NCBI GenBank assembly: GCA_002633005.1
Contig: NMRA01000028.1
Location: 275,989-339,988 of the forward strand
Source: Phoronis australis
Lineage: Eukaryota > Animalia > Phoronida
DNA length: 64,000 nucleotides
Direction: 5' to 3'
The notes beneath the pieces are model-generated. The model was not told the origin of the DNA. It searched no databases and saw nothing but the letters and a program-made list of their open reading frames with translations. This document shows, in pieces, positions 14,560 through 27,967 of this stretch (position 1 is the stretch's first letter; every line of letters begins with the position of its first letter). The position numbers and the translations under genes are program-made.

Positions 14560-15480
14560 GTACCACAGTGGTCTATGGGTATCTTCATGCTTGGAAATGG
14601 TCGTCTGGCAGGTTCGCTGTGGTGGGTGTGGTCACGGAAGCCAGGAGAATGGCACTCAAAAATTGAGCTAGATCAACTTTTCTGGTAACCACCTCAAACT
14701 GCCTTCGATACCTACTACGTAATCCACTGTGTCAAAATTGGTCACTGCCAGACAATTTCAGTGGTGGTGAGTATCAGCCAGACAGTTATAAACAAGATTA
14801 AAAATTGAGATAGATCAACCCAAGAGGTAACCGCATGAAACCAGTTGCAAAATATTCACCGCGAGCCCAGGTATCACGAACACTGTCAGACAAATCTAGT
14901 GGTGGGTTACCTACGCCAGACACGCCCAAATACCCGAGTTGAGCTAGATCAACCCACCAGGTAACCATTTGAAACCAACTGCAAGATGTTCATCATCACT
15001 GTAGATGGCACATCGGTTAGATGCCGGACAATTTCAGTGGTGGGGTGTCCCTGCCAGACGATTGTCAAAAAAGGTTAAACATTGAGCTAGATCAACCCAA
15101 GAGGTAACCGCTTAAAACCAGTTGCAAAATATTCACCATAAGCCCAGGTATCGCGAATAAACACTGCCAGACAAATCTAGTGGTGGGTTAGCCCCGCCAG
15201 ACACGCCCAAATACCTGAGTTGAGCTAGATCATTCCAAGAGGTAACCGCATGAAATCAGATGCAAAATATTCGTCGTGAGCCCAGGTATCAAGAATAAAT
15301 ACTGCCAGACAAATCTAGTGGTGGTTTATCCCCGCCAGATAAGCTCAAGTACCTGAGTTGAGCTAGACCAATCCACCAGGTAACCGTTTGAAATCAATTG
15401 CACGATGTTCAGCACGTAGCACAACGGTAAAATGCCAAACAATTTCAGCGGTGTATTGGTGCCCCCGTCAGACAAATTAT
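14560..15480 (+). repeat. ~139-bp tandem array (6-7 units) in the left arm of the Academ-like element
   Basis: Marker GAGCTAGATCAA (or close variants) at 14665, 14807, 14941, 15084, 15222, 15360. Confidence 0.85.
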
Positions 15481-18467
15481 AAAGAGTCGAAACAAAACTG
15501 GTTATAAGCCCATTCACGCTGAATAAGCATCACATTGAGGAACCAGGCACTTCGATTTTTAACTGAATAAAGTCAGTGAGTCCGTACGACATAAATCACC
15601 ACACAAGGTGAGAGATTTTTTGTTTACGTCTGGGCATGAAAACCGGAAACATCGCACCTGTGGTTGTAGCGACCTCAAAAGTCTTTGCGACAACAATGGA
15701 ATACTCCGACGCACTATTAAAACAAAACCGAAAATCCGTCCGTGACGGATGGCACATTGTGTTTGCACGAATTTCGATTTTTCGTTGTCCTATTTTACCA
15801 GTCTAAACAGCGTCCCCCTGTCCTCAGACGAATCATTTGACGCAACTGTAAAGACGAGGAATTATCGAAATGCCGTCTTTTGCTGTCGTCTGCGTTGTAT
15901 ATGCGCGCCAGCTTCCTTCATTTCACACAGTGATTTATGTCAAATTTGGGAAAAATGATCAGTTTTGGACAATCTACATCTTTCTCATAAATCGAGCCTA
16001 CAGAGAACTCCAGAGATGCGTCAAGACCAGTGACGTCACTAGCTATTTCAACAGTTTCCCCAACGATGCTTGATGTATTCTTTGCCATGAACCGCCCGAA
16101 CTAAGATGGGGAACATTGTGGGAATGACGAGTCCTGGTAGTTTTTCAGCTTATTTAGATTGACAATCATTTCATTTGCACGACACAGGTATGCTAGGGAC
16201 AATGGAACTTTTCGCTTTTTCTCTTCATAGTGAATATAAAACACGTTCAAATTAATTATTCATAGATGTTGTATATGGTGCTCAGACATCGTGGCGACGG
16301 CCTCAAGCATCCACATTGGGGGAGGGGTATCCAACCACTATGTATAATCTTTTTGGAAATCGTGACTGATTTGTAGTTGAATCAAATAATGATTCAAGTT
16401 TATGTTTCACCTTTCTACTTTTATTATTAATAGTTATAGCCAGGGGGGTTCGGGAGTTCGATCGAACCCCTCCCCCGCTGTATATTCGTTAACATGTGGA
16501 GAATTGCTCGCTTACACTGGTGACCGCTCTGATTCCCTAAGCCCCAGTCAACTTTTACGATGCCTATTCAGCACGCCCTTTGTATTGAAGTAGATCTAAT
16601 GAAGTGGAAAGGTAATTGCTGGCATTACTGTCTCAACAATGGTTGTTGTTAGTACCCCCACTTTGGTTTCCTCTGACATTTGCAGAGTAATAGCCTGCAA
16701 TTCTGGAGAGTAGTTTTAACTTGATACATTATAAATATTACAAAACGACTAAAAAGGTTAACTTGTGTTTACCTTCACAAAGGGCCAATTCCCAAAGGAA
16801 CGATAAGTTTCATATTGGCTTTCTTTATTTAATTTTTAATGCTTCTGCACATTTGTTTTTTTTTTAGTGAGAACGGGTTGATAACTTTTTATCTAAGTTT
16901 TGAACTTGAAGTGCCAAAACAGTGGTAGATTTTGATCGCCAGTTAAACTTAATTAGTTAAGTTCATTGTGAGCCCATCCCTAAATTTACCACATTACAGG
17001 TACACTACACATTTCACGTGTCATTAAATTTTAATCTTTATTAGAACTCAACTCATAAAATATATACAAAAGTGCAAATATGGTCATAACTAAACTGAAG
17101 ATTTGGAATCTCTGGACAATTGTGGTGGCACTGACTATATAACTATTCTAGCTCTTTATCAGTAATAAAGAATGAAAAGTGGGTACACCTGTTTCCTGGT
17201 CAAAAATCTGGTTAAACGAGATTGAAAGAATATTAAAAAATGAATCCATGAGATGTTGTTAACTCTGATCAGCGTTTGTATATCCACCGAGTATTTCAAT
17301 ACGCGCGGTAGTTTATCTTTAATCGTACCCAATGGTTGTAGTTTTAGATTATTAGTCCATCGATTATTAAAAATCGAAAACCGTACTTGGTTGTTTTTTT
17401 TCAGCTGAATACCGTCGTGGTGTTCGTTTATAACGAAAATTAGTGGTTAATGCATTTTGAAAATTCGCCATCAGGTACAGTCAGAGATGTTTATGGTCTG
17501 ATAATTACCTTTAATTGGATCTTGCTCGCATAGGGCAATGCGGTCATTACAATTGTACCTGGTTCCGGCGCCGCGCTCTCTTTGATCCTGGTACAAGCCG
17601 CTCAGAAGGAGGAGCGGTGAAAATTCCAGCATATCTTGAGAAATGCGTGACTTCCATGTAAGCGTATTGTTCACGGTATGAAAGATAGGATATAAATGGA
17701 CAACAACAACAAGATTGTTACAGCTACTGGTGCTACTAAGTACAATGACAACTAAGTTAGTAATAATTTTGAATTTGCTTCTGATTCCATGCGCTTCACG
17801 TGGCATCGGGCCGTACTCGGCCAAATTCGCAAGAGTGCCGCTGTTTGTGTAGATGACAGGTTCGTGCATACAATAAGAGGAGGCTTTATGTTTTTCATAA
17901 ACAACGCTACGCTTGTGGTGACTACAACGAAGGGTAACAAGGGAGTCTAGAAATGAATGTTTATACCTAAACATACAAGTTTAGGCCTACGACCTAAGTC
18001 AGCTACATGTGCATATAGCAATGAGAGAGCTCCCAAAAATATGTTTGGCCAAGAAACCAAAACAGCAGAAAACAGATTTGTTATTCTGCTATTTTGGTTT
18101 AATTGCAAGCATGGTACGGTAGAAGTAGAAGTAGGCGTTTTCAAATTTTGAATTGAGAGTGATTGTCAAATATGCATGTTGTTCATCCGGTGTCCACTTT
18201 GATTGTGGATTGGTGGATTGACATCCACGCGTGTACATGTGTAAGCGTTTCTGTTCTTTTAAATTCAGTGAGTTCATTACAGGCAGTCCTCTGTCGTGCG
18301 CAAAATCCAGACATTCATCTACCGTGTTTACTTGCACTGAGAATACCCCGTCGAGCATTTTCACGTTATGCCTGGTCAATGAAAATCTTCTCTAGTCAAT
18401 CAATGTCAATGGTGCACAGCCCTGCAGACTTCATACGAGCTACAAACTTGATGGAAAAGATTTCCAA

Positions 18468-20147
18468 GGTTCCATGTCACTATGACGAAGGTTCGATACT
18501 CCGAAGGTCCAGTACTCCGTATGTCCACTACTCCGAAAATTCTAAAATTCACTACTTTGAATTTCCACTATTCCAAAACTCCAACACTTCTCTACTCTTG
18601 ATTGTGTGATCACGACTCATATTCTCAAGCAGAGACAACATCTGGGGCATGCGTCAAAGCTGCGGCGAGCAACGGCGGTTTCAAATTTAAGAAGATTGAA
18701 TGGGATTCCCTGACTTCGTGAGAACTGGCAGGGACAGGCCGGGTGGCCTACTAACTTCATTTAGTTTCGACCCGGCCGTGGGCGTCGCACTGCAATGCTA
18801 TCTTGACATGGGGATTTGACGAATGTGTTATGGTTGATATTCTACTTCAGATCAATTTAAAAAGCAAGTGTGTACTCATTTTAAGACATGCGGTCAATTT
18901 CTCGATCATGCACAGTGAAATCTGTCCACCGTTTCCTAAGTTGTGCTTGTCAGCTGGAGACGGTGGTCACTGTCTACATAAAGTGTTTTAGTGCCCGGGC
19001 GTTGCTTTCGGTATAGGTGCATCTAATAATCAAAAGATCGTTTATTTTTGCATGTAAAAGGTTAAGAATGACATCTAAGTTTAAAAGCTTGGATATTTTT
19101 GGAGTTTTTACTTCGCTCGATTTACGACATGTTACCATCGCCTGCGAACCTTCTTCGCTGAAGCCTAGTGGATGACCCAGCCTGCCACTTGTGTGGAGAG
19201 GTACATTGGCCCGCATCTTATCAGGGTGCAATATGGAACTTCAGCAGGGAAAATACAGATTGTGTCACGACCAAGTACTGAAGACCCTTGCAGACATCAT
19301 AGATGGAGGGTGTAAGACAAGAGCAACTCAGCCTAGAGCAAGCAGCCAGCACATACAATTCGCCAGGGCAAGTGAGATACGCAAGAAGTCACGTCAGCAG
19401 CCTTGCATCCTGGATCGAGTAGGCTGGGATATGAGAGTAGATCTGAGAAGAAAGCTTGTGTTCCCGAGTATTGTGAAAACACCAATGCGACCTGACATCA
19501 TTCTGTGGTCGGATTTCCATCAATGTATAGTGATTATAGAGCTTACGGTGCCTTGGGAGGAAGAATGCGAAGAGGCCCACGAGAGGAAGTTATCTAAGTA
19601 TAGCGAGCAGAGCTCGAGGCTGGCGAACTTGGTTATTTCCTGTAGAGGAGGGATGTAGAGGATTCCCTACAAGATCTGTATGGTGGTTGCTGGAGAAGCT
19701 TGGTGTACGAGGGGGTAGGAAGAAAGCTGCAGTGAGAAGACTGGGCGAGACAGCTGAGAGGACAGCTGTGGTACCGTCGGAATGAAGGAAGTTGGAGGCC
19801 TCAATGATGCACAGTGGGTTGGCTGCCAATGTGGACCCACCAGTGGAGACTGTTATGGTTTAGGGTCGAAACGAGTCAAGGAAGCTGGATGCCATCTAAC
19901 GACATCAAGCTACGCCTCCAACTAGTTAGTGTTCGGCGGGTAGAAGAGAATCCTGGTTTAGCTGTTACGAAGAAGGGGCGACAAGACGTCATACTGCATA
20001 GAAGCCTGACAACTATTGAGGCAGACATCACTGTAAGTACACACACATGGAGCAATGAATCTTCGGAGTATTGAATCTTCGAAAGTAGTGAACCTTCGTA
20101 ATAGTGAACCTTCGAGTAGTGAACCTTCAAAATAGTGGGCTGTTCCC
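18468..20147. mobile_element. MITE with inverted ends built of ~15-bp subrepeats, split by a HERO LINE fragment
   Basis: (GAAGGTTCACTACTCC)-like units at 18468-18580 and the reverse complement (GTAGTGAACCTTCG)n at 20057-20140. Confidence 0.5.
19170..19790 (+). mobile_element. 3' fragment of an RLE-encoding non-LTR retrotransposon (HERO/NeSL-like), frameshifted
   Basis: Decayed CCHC knuckle GTLARILSGC, YRLCHDQVL, RPDIILWS, IIELTVPWEE, ERKLSKY, then after a frameshift FPVEEGCRGF: restriction-like endonuclease motifs. Confidence 0.85.
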
Positions 20148-21224
20148 ATTTCTAGCGATGTAAGCAACTTAAGTAACACGCTAAAATACAACCAGAAAAA
20201 CAATTTTGCCAATTAAGTCATTCGCCGACTAAACTTCATATTTCCGTCTGAGTATGCAATGAGGTGTAATCACTCATTTAAGCATGGCTGATTTGAAACT
20301 TTGGCAGGAGATAATGTGAGAACGTTCTCTTTCTGGACCACATTACATCTTAAATTTGTGTCCAGTTCTTTGCGAGCAACCGTCATAGCATCCACTTTCT
20401 GGTATTACAAATTCCGTCTCAGCTCATGGACATAGAGCTGAGAGTCATCGTTGTGTATACAGATTTCTCTTCCCCCTAATTAAGCTGTGACAAGAGAATT
20501 GCCGAAAACTTTACAGTGTCGACGTTTGCAAAATATGAAAGGTCCATCGTTCTTGAAATTCGAACCAACCCCCGCTCAATGCTGGCTACGGGCCTGAATA
20601 AAATATAGGCCTATGCATTTGAGTTGAGAGAGGCGTCCAATAAAATGTCGCCCCAGCATCGACCAAATCTCTGCATGCTACTGCCCCACGGCTGAAAATG
20701 TCTGTAAAGTACCTTTTGTTGCATGTAGAATGTTACTCGACATTATGCAAACTGTTTCAAACGGTTACCTGGCCGATAAATGTGGCCCAACTCAAATATT
20801 TGATCGTGTCTGGCGGGGCTAACCCACCACTAGATTTGTCTGGCAGTGTTCATTCGTGATACCTGTGCTCATGGTGAATATTTTGCAACTGGTTTCATGT
20901 GGTTACCTCTTGGATTGATCTAGCTCAATTTTTTTTATCTTGTTTATAACCGTCTGGCTGATACTCACCACCACTGAAATTGTCTGGCAATGTCCAATTT
21001 TGTTACAGTGAATTAGGTAGTAGGTATCGAAGGCAGTTTGAAGTGCTTACCAGAAAAGTTGTTCAAGCTCAATTTTTGAGTGCCCTTCTCTCGACTCCCC
21101 TGGCCACACTCACCAGAGCGAACCTGCCAGACGGCCATATCCAAGCATGAGGATACCCATAGACCACTGTGGCACCAAAGGAAATTGGTTACCTTTTCAT
21201 GCCCAAAAAAGCTCTGGAATCCCA

Positions 21225-21440
21225 GTACCGGGATGTACTCATTATCGTTAAACACGCACTTTGGGTATGCCATTACATCGCTTTCCGAAAGATGACACAC
21301 TCCGCCGTACTCATACCTCGTTCGTGTGAAAAACCCAAAACAACGCCTGAATAATGGTGCCATACCATCGCTGTTGATTCCCGGCAGTGCTCCGTCGCCA
21401 CCCCCGAGACGTGCACCTCTCAGTATCCTGCTGTGGAAGC
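21225..21440 (+). pseudogene. Continuation of the Kolobok THAP domain (decayed)
   Basis: Matches 49901-50008 (LHRFP.DDTLRRT..VRVKN) and includes RLNNGAIPSLL, the THAP AVP-box equivalent. Confidence 0.75.
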
Positions 21441-21469
21441 CAAGACTAGCGACCCATTCAGTGCCCAAG

Positions 21470-23850
21470 TACATGTTGACCCTGACATGCAACTAGTCTT
21501 CTGACCGCGACACTCTCCGAGCCCTGTACTTGACTTACGACCAGGTCTTTTGTCCCAACAATGGGGCCAATAGCAAGATTCAGGCTACTGTCAACATGAG
21601 TCCTACGCTTCCGCCTCAGCGCAAGGGCCGACTTCACCACTACAATCTCGAGCAGATAGTAGAGCTTCAGTGCAAATTCGAAGAGTTGCAATCTCTGGGC
21701 GTTTTCGCGAAACCTCAACATGTCCACGTGACCGTTGCGTATTTGAACATGTCGTTTCTGATTAAAAAGCCTACGGGCGACTCTCTTCTCGTCACTTCCT
21801 TTGGGGTAAATTAGGCCAGTACAGTAAACCATCTCCTTCTCTTATGACATGCGTCGACAAGGTTCTTCGTGACATTGCTCCCTGGCGGTATGTCAAAATC
21901 ATCGATCTACATCCGCCAGCCCCTGATTTCATAAAGGATTGCAGTGTCGTCACGCCATTCAAAGATGTGCGTGTGTGCAATCGGTCCACTCTGGGAATAC
22001 CCGATTCTGAGAACGTTTAGAGGAACTAGTGTGCCCTGTCCTGGGTGACCTTATACAGGATGCGTGCTGCCAAGATTGCTGACTACTTATGTATTGGTGG
22101 AAATTCCGTGAACTCGGGAGAAAGCTCTAAAAGCTCTGCATGCGAATGCCTTTCGTCCAAAACTTATGTTTGCCCCGTCTCTGTCAATATCCTCGGCTGG
22201 ATATGGTCTAACGGCACACTGAGTGCTAGCAGCCACCGGGGTCTCCTGCATTATCCTCAGTTGAACCACCCACAATAGTTCAAGGTCTCAGGTCGTTTAA
22301 TGGTACCTACAAGGTGAGTCACGTCGTCAGAGGCTACTCCAAACTCCTGGACCATTTGGACCGAGCCACCGCCGGCCGCCAGTACAGAGACAAGAAAGTC
22401 TGTTACATGCATTTCGGTCTGCCCAGCATGCTCCCGATGACAACAAAGTTATTGTCATGCCTCGTCCAGACGACACCCTGTAGATTGTTACCGACGACTT
22501 TGTCAGAGAACGCGGTTTAGCTGTCACGCTTTATTTTGTCCACCCTGAGAAGCCATTCCGTCCCAGATTCTTCAACGCAAAACTCAAAGAAAACCAAATG
22601 TTATGATTACCTTGTGAGGTAGAGGCACTAAGCATAGCCTCGGTCATTAAACATTTCTCACCATACATCGTGCAGTTCAACCACGTTACCTAGGTTGTTA
22701 CTGACCGTCGGCAATTCGTCCAGGCATTACGGTGCGGAGAGTATTTAGCTAGCAGTAGAGTAACAACCTTTCTCTCCGTCATCAGTCGCTTCCACTTTCA
22801 AGAACTTAGGTCACGTATCTGGTGCAGTCAACCTACCGTCTGACTACTCTAGCCATGCTCCTCCTGAATTTTTCGACCATCCATGCCAAATCTGCAAATT
22901 CGTCTGCGAGTTGAAAAAAAGCGATATCCGCTACTTAACAGTTCGGCACGTCTTGGAGGGTTGTACAAGAATGCCTTTCACCAGCTGCGTTGCCTGGAAA
23001 ACGACTCAGCAGGAATCCCCAGATCTTCGGCGTACTCATGCACACCTATCACAAGGTACTCGACCCTCAAAGAAATTAACGAATATCCAGGATGTCAAGT
23101 GATATCTTCGGGATGTGTGCGTCGCCCGTTATGGCCTTCTCATTGTTCACTCAGAAGTTCCCTTTCAACCTTGTCGCGAACGCATCGTTGTTCCCCGTTG
23201 ACGGTCTGCTTATTGCTATTCACTTGCGCTTCGACCATCCAGGTCAGTTCCGAAATAGACAACTTTTCATCAGCTACTTCCTCGCTCTGGACCTTGATAA
23301 AGCCATCGAGTCTGTTTGCATGTCATGCCACCACTATTTTGGTTTTGAAATCCGTTCCCACTCATTTGCAACCTCAGTCTACATACGCACCATCTGATCG
23401 TCTTGGTGCTCGATTTAGTCTCGATGTTATACGCCGATGCAAACAGTTTGGGCTAGTTCTACGTGAACCTGTGTCTTCCTTCACTTGGATTGCTCTTATC
23501 ACCGATGAACGCCATACTACGCTTTGTGACCCCATTTTGTCTCTGCATGCCAGTGTTCGTTCTCTTGGTGACGGCGGAACTGCCCTTGGAACTGACTCAG
23601 CTCCTGGCTTGGCCTCTCTTTGCAACGACCCTCTCTTCAACTTCACCGTTGAAATGGGCCATGTTAAGAACATCAATGAAAACCCTTTTGCTGAGAATGC
23701 CATTCGCGTGTTGTTATAGCTGATGTCTGATGGTAAACCGGTTTCGTGTGTTACTCTAGCGCTTACAACCGCCAACATGAACATGAGTATCAGAAGACAA
23801 GGCCTTTCCTTTAGAGAGATCTGGACTCAAAGCGACCAATTGACTGGCGA
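21470..23850 (+). mobile_element. Decayed Gypsy/Ty3 LTR retrotransposon pol (RT, RNase H, integrase remnants)
   Basis: LGVFAKP..YLNMSFLIKKP, QYSKPSPSLM, YLCIGG (DD motif region), ILGWIW, LPCEVEALSIA, integrase-like VKNINENPFAENAI; many stops and frameshifts. Confidence 0.8.
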
Positions 23851-24704
23851 GGGAAATTTTTCTTTCACGCCAGGTATATGAGAATTATCTAACAACGGCA
23901 GCTTTTTTGGTGCAGAACAATCCCTGTAGAAAATCCATAAATGGCAAAAATTGGTTTATACACTTAGGATTCTTTCCGTGTGGCCACGCAAACAAACACT
24001 TCCAACAGTTCTTCAGGCTAAAACGTATTGTTGTTGGACTAATAACACAACTCCTAAAAAATTACAATTGCAAATAAGAGACGATTTCATAACCCGTACC
24101 CAAGTGTTGAAAGGTATTGAAAGATAAAAGTTATCTGATTTCTAGTTACATGCTGCACTCTGGTATAGTGTATTTTAGGGACTGATCTGAGCAACACTGT
24201 GTTATACACGCAGACCTCGGTGTATGAGTATAATCGCGTTTTGTAATTTGTTGAGGGACCAAAGAGCCTCCCACTGAAAGGTCCACAAACATCACCACTT
24301 TCACTCTTGTCCCATACTCTTTGCGGCACTGCCCCATCACTACCAATTTGAAATGAATGTTGTCACCAGACTAGATAGAAAAATCGCTAAAGTTAACAGA
24401 AGGGGGCATAACGGCTCGCATCCCCTTTCCCAAAATTCCCCCTTCTTGGGCTTCCGATGGTCCCAAAACCCTCTAAATTAAAAAATACCTTCAAATCCAC
24501 TTAACGTATACAAATCGTGATGTTTGCAGTGCATCTCTTTTTTATCAAACTGCTGTCTAATCGCTGTAGCTGAGTAGCCAAATAGTGCATGGAATAGTCA
24601 ATTAAAGTATATGTTAACCAGTATGCCGTCAAAAGTCCAAACTCTTTGTGTATGTACTGAACTAGCCCACCAAATCACACTAGTTTCATATTCACACACG
24701 ACGG

Positions 24705-24840
24705 CGACGCACCATAGGGGGCTCGGGGCCATAGCCCACACTTATTTTTGTGCTGTGCCGCCCATGGTCACACAGACGGTGGACTATAGGGGGCTAGGGG
24801 GACTATAGCCCCACTTATTTCAGTGCTGGGCCGACCATGC
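24705..24840 (+). repeat. Short direct duplication (~70 bp x2)
   Basis: ATAGGGGGCT.GGGG..ATAGCCC..ACTTATTT..GTGCTG.GCCG.CCATG occurs twice. Confidence 0.6.
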
Positions 24841-26019
24841 TATAACCTTTATTCGTTTTCTTATTGAAAATGGCTAATATTAGCCCGTTGAAAATTCGCA
24901 AAAAAATTCCCAGTATTTGAAAATCCTATCTTAAATGTAAAACGTGTTTCTGGATCTTAAGGTCAGAACAAAAGCCGTAGTTGTTCTTAACTTTTAAGAT
25001 GCCTCAACAGTCTTGCCAAGTCGACATTTTTTATTGAAATACGTTTCGAAAAGCCAATTTTTCAAGATCAGCATGAAAACGAAAAGGAAGCTTGTGTCAG
25101 AAAAGTCAAGGGTGGCTGAGTGCTCATCTAGGGCTAGCCCAAGCCCTCATCAGCCCCGTCCCCAAGCCTCAATGGCGCTGATTGGTTTAGCCATGCGAGG
25201 CTTAGTTATGGGAAATACCTTCTGCGCAATGATTGGCCGTTGCCTTGACATCATTAAAGCAAAGGCAAATTTAAATTATTTTCACAAGCGTTGTTGCTGC
25301 CATTCATGAAGCAGATGGCATTGTTTTGGTTATTGTTTGAAATGAAGGTTGTTGGCGTACTTATTTTCAATTCTCTTTTATCAATAACATAATAGAAATC
25401 AATCTCTTGTCGAATCAAAATATGTTATTTTTGCAATAATTTAGACCTAAATTCCGTCAATATACCGTTAAGTTTCAGTTTCATATTATACTACAGAAAA
25501 ACTCAAAGTTGATATAGCTTCATCTTACTCATGATATTCCGGCGATTACCGTAAAAACGTGTCAGAATTCTGCTGCAGTTGTTTTTCTAGCAACGTAAAA
25601 GACTGGACAAAATCTCTGAGGAACTTTCCCATGGTGTCGGTAGACACGATCTCAAGATGGTCGAACAGCGGAGGAAAGAGAAACATAGGGGTAGGAGTCT
25701 TCATTTTTAAGTTTTAAAGTTAACAAAAGTAAAGACTAATACTTACTGAAAATGCCATTATTTTTAATATGTTCACAGTATAACATGTGTAAATACACGT
25801 GTCACTCTTAATACCTTACTGCACGAATCTGTCTACGACAGTGCGCTGGGCTCCCACTCGATTGTACAGGATGGCCCAAAAGTCACCGTACACTTTCAAT
25901 CACCTCATATAAAAATCAAAACTGTGTTTTCATAACAGCCTATTCATTCCAGTTTATGTGGTGTTGTTGTCATTCCATATTTCAATGATTTGTAATGAAG
26001 CTATTTTATCGTAATCTAT

Positions 26020-26758
26020 TGTCAAGCTTGTGGACAAAGCTAATGGCAGAGACACAGGACTGGATAGACGAGCTACTAAGCCCATATTCGAAGAGATGAG
26101 AGATGTAGATGGCCAAGAAAGAGGTATTAATGGGTGAGCGGAGAATTGTTAGAGGAGAGGTGAAACTGTGCGAGGTTACGCAGGATGCGGGTGTAGGACT
26201 GAAGAGTGGAGGGGGCCAGGGAAGCCCGGAGCAGTCTGGTCACTCTGTCAGGAGATGCTGTGGGATCGGTGTCGGATGAGGGCTGATCCAATAACCCTAA
26301 GAAAAGGCGACCTGAAAGTTGAAACGAGAAAGTGCATCAGCGATGATGTTAGTGTAGCCGGGGATATGCTTTGCCCGGAAATGAACATTAAAGGTAAGAG
26401 CGGAGATGACCAGACGACGGACAAGAGACATAATGGGGGCGTGGCGGGAGGATGTCTTGTTGATAATGTCAACGACAGCACGGTTTTCGCACAGGAAGAG
26501 GATCTTGTGGTTGGCGAGCTTTGAACCCCACAGTTCTAGCGATATGACAATCGGAAGGAGTTCCTTGAAGGTGATGTGATGGCGTTGCAGGTGCTCGGGC
26601 CACGGGCAGGCAAACCAGGAAGCTCCCAATGTCGCAGCAAAACCCCCGTTGGAGCCCGCAGCATCAGAGTACAGTTTGATGGTGTCTGAAGATGTCCACT
26701 CGTCGAATAGGAACAGTGTTTTCCCATTGAAGCCTCGGAGAAAGATGGACCAAGCCCG
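26020..26758 (-). mobile_element. DIRS/Ngaro tyrosine-recombinase retrotransposon fragment (RNase H plus YR N-terminus), cut by a gap
   Basis: LYSDAAG..GFAA, HITFKELLPIV, CENRAVV, KHIPGYTNIIADALSR (DIRS RNase H), then SLAPSTLQSY...LFEYGLSSSSIQSCVSAISFVHK (YR SAM-like N-terminus). Confidence 0.85.
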
Positions 26759-27967
26759 NNNNNNNNNNNNNNNNNNNNNNNNNNNNNNNNNNNNNNNNNN
26801 NNNNNNNNNNNNNNNNNNNNNNNNNNNNNNNNNNNNNNNNNNNNNNNNNNNNNNNNNNNNNNNNNNNNNNNNNNNNNNNNNNNNNNNNNNNNNNNNNNNN
26901 NNNNNNNNNNNNNNNNNNNNNNNNNNNNNNNNNNNNNNNNNNNNNNNNNNNNNNNNNNNNNNNNNNNNNNNNNNNNNNNNNNNNNNNNNNNNNNNNNNNN
27001 NNNNNNNNNNNNNNNNNNNNNNNNNNNNNNNNNNNNNNNNNNNNNNNNNNNNNNNNNNNNNNNNNNNNNNNNNNNNNNNNNNNNNNNNNNNNNNNNNNNN
27101 NNNNNNNNNNNNNNNNNNNNNNNNNNNNNNNNNNNNNNNNNNNNNNNNNNNNNNNNNNNNNNNNNNNNNNNNNNNNNNNNNNNNNNNNNNNNNNNNNNNN
27201 NNNNNNNNNNNNNNNNNNNNNNNNNNCTGAATGAGAGACCACGTTGAACAGAACAAAGGAAATATGGGCGACCAATCAGGAGTCGCGTAGAGAAACGTAT
27301 GAATACAAAAGTAGGCCCTAGAGGCTATAAATAGAGATGAGTAATGCAAAATAAACCCTAAGGACTGGTCTCAAAATAAAGAGACAACTGTCAAAATAAT
27401 GACGATAAATGCATTTAACAAGTTAAATTTAATTTACATATCTGTGAGCGCTTCAACTTTCAAGTGTAGTGACTTGGAACACCCTGTATGTTCAGTAACG
27501 TTTTGCTCATTCACGCCAATCACGAACCCCTGCTATTCAAAAGTGCTGGCTTTGCTTGCAGTTTTTGCAAGCTGCGGTTGTGAAAGAAATTTGACGAAAT
27601 GTGGAATGTGCGACCTGGACTATCAAATGATCATCCTGTTCACGTTTCCTGCTTTTTCAATAAAAACCACCTTCAAAATGGTGACTTCGATGTCTGTTTT
27701 CGGTTCCTCCAGAGTAAGATCTCGTTTCTAAATCAACCAATGACATTCAAGTACAAACTAGGTCCTTAGGTTATCTGTTGACATGTTTTCGCTAATCACG
27801 ACATCAACTTACGGCAGTAAAAACTGCGGCAAGGTGGTGTCGAGAGCAAGGCATGTGCGTGTGGAAAATAACATTTTTGCATATACATGCCGACTTCTTT
27901 CTTTAAATGACTTTTTCTGTTTTGGTTTGGAACTGTTTCTGTATTTTGCTTCATTCGTGCCTCGCAA

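Larger units (their letters stand above)
14507..21224. mobile_element. ~6.7-kb composite element with long TIRs made of ~139-bp tandem units (Academ-like terminus), inserted in the Kolobok THAP ORF
   Basis: 14518-~14970 is the reverse complement of ~20764-21220; left terminus TAGACCCGTATCCCAG resembles Academ TAG..CG..CCCAG ends; THAP sequence stops at 14506 and resumes at 21225. Confidence 0.6.

Noticed and set aside
14560-15480. CRISPR-like array
   Set aside because: The units are similar over their whole length with no unique spacers, they are mirrored at 20764-21220, and the context is eukaryotic with no cas genes.
26649-27349. Long ORFs spanning N-runs (also 49926-50912)
   Set aside because: Artefacts of translating through assembly gaps.
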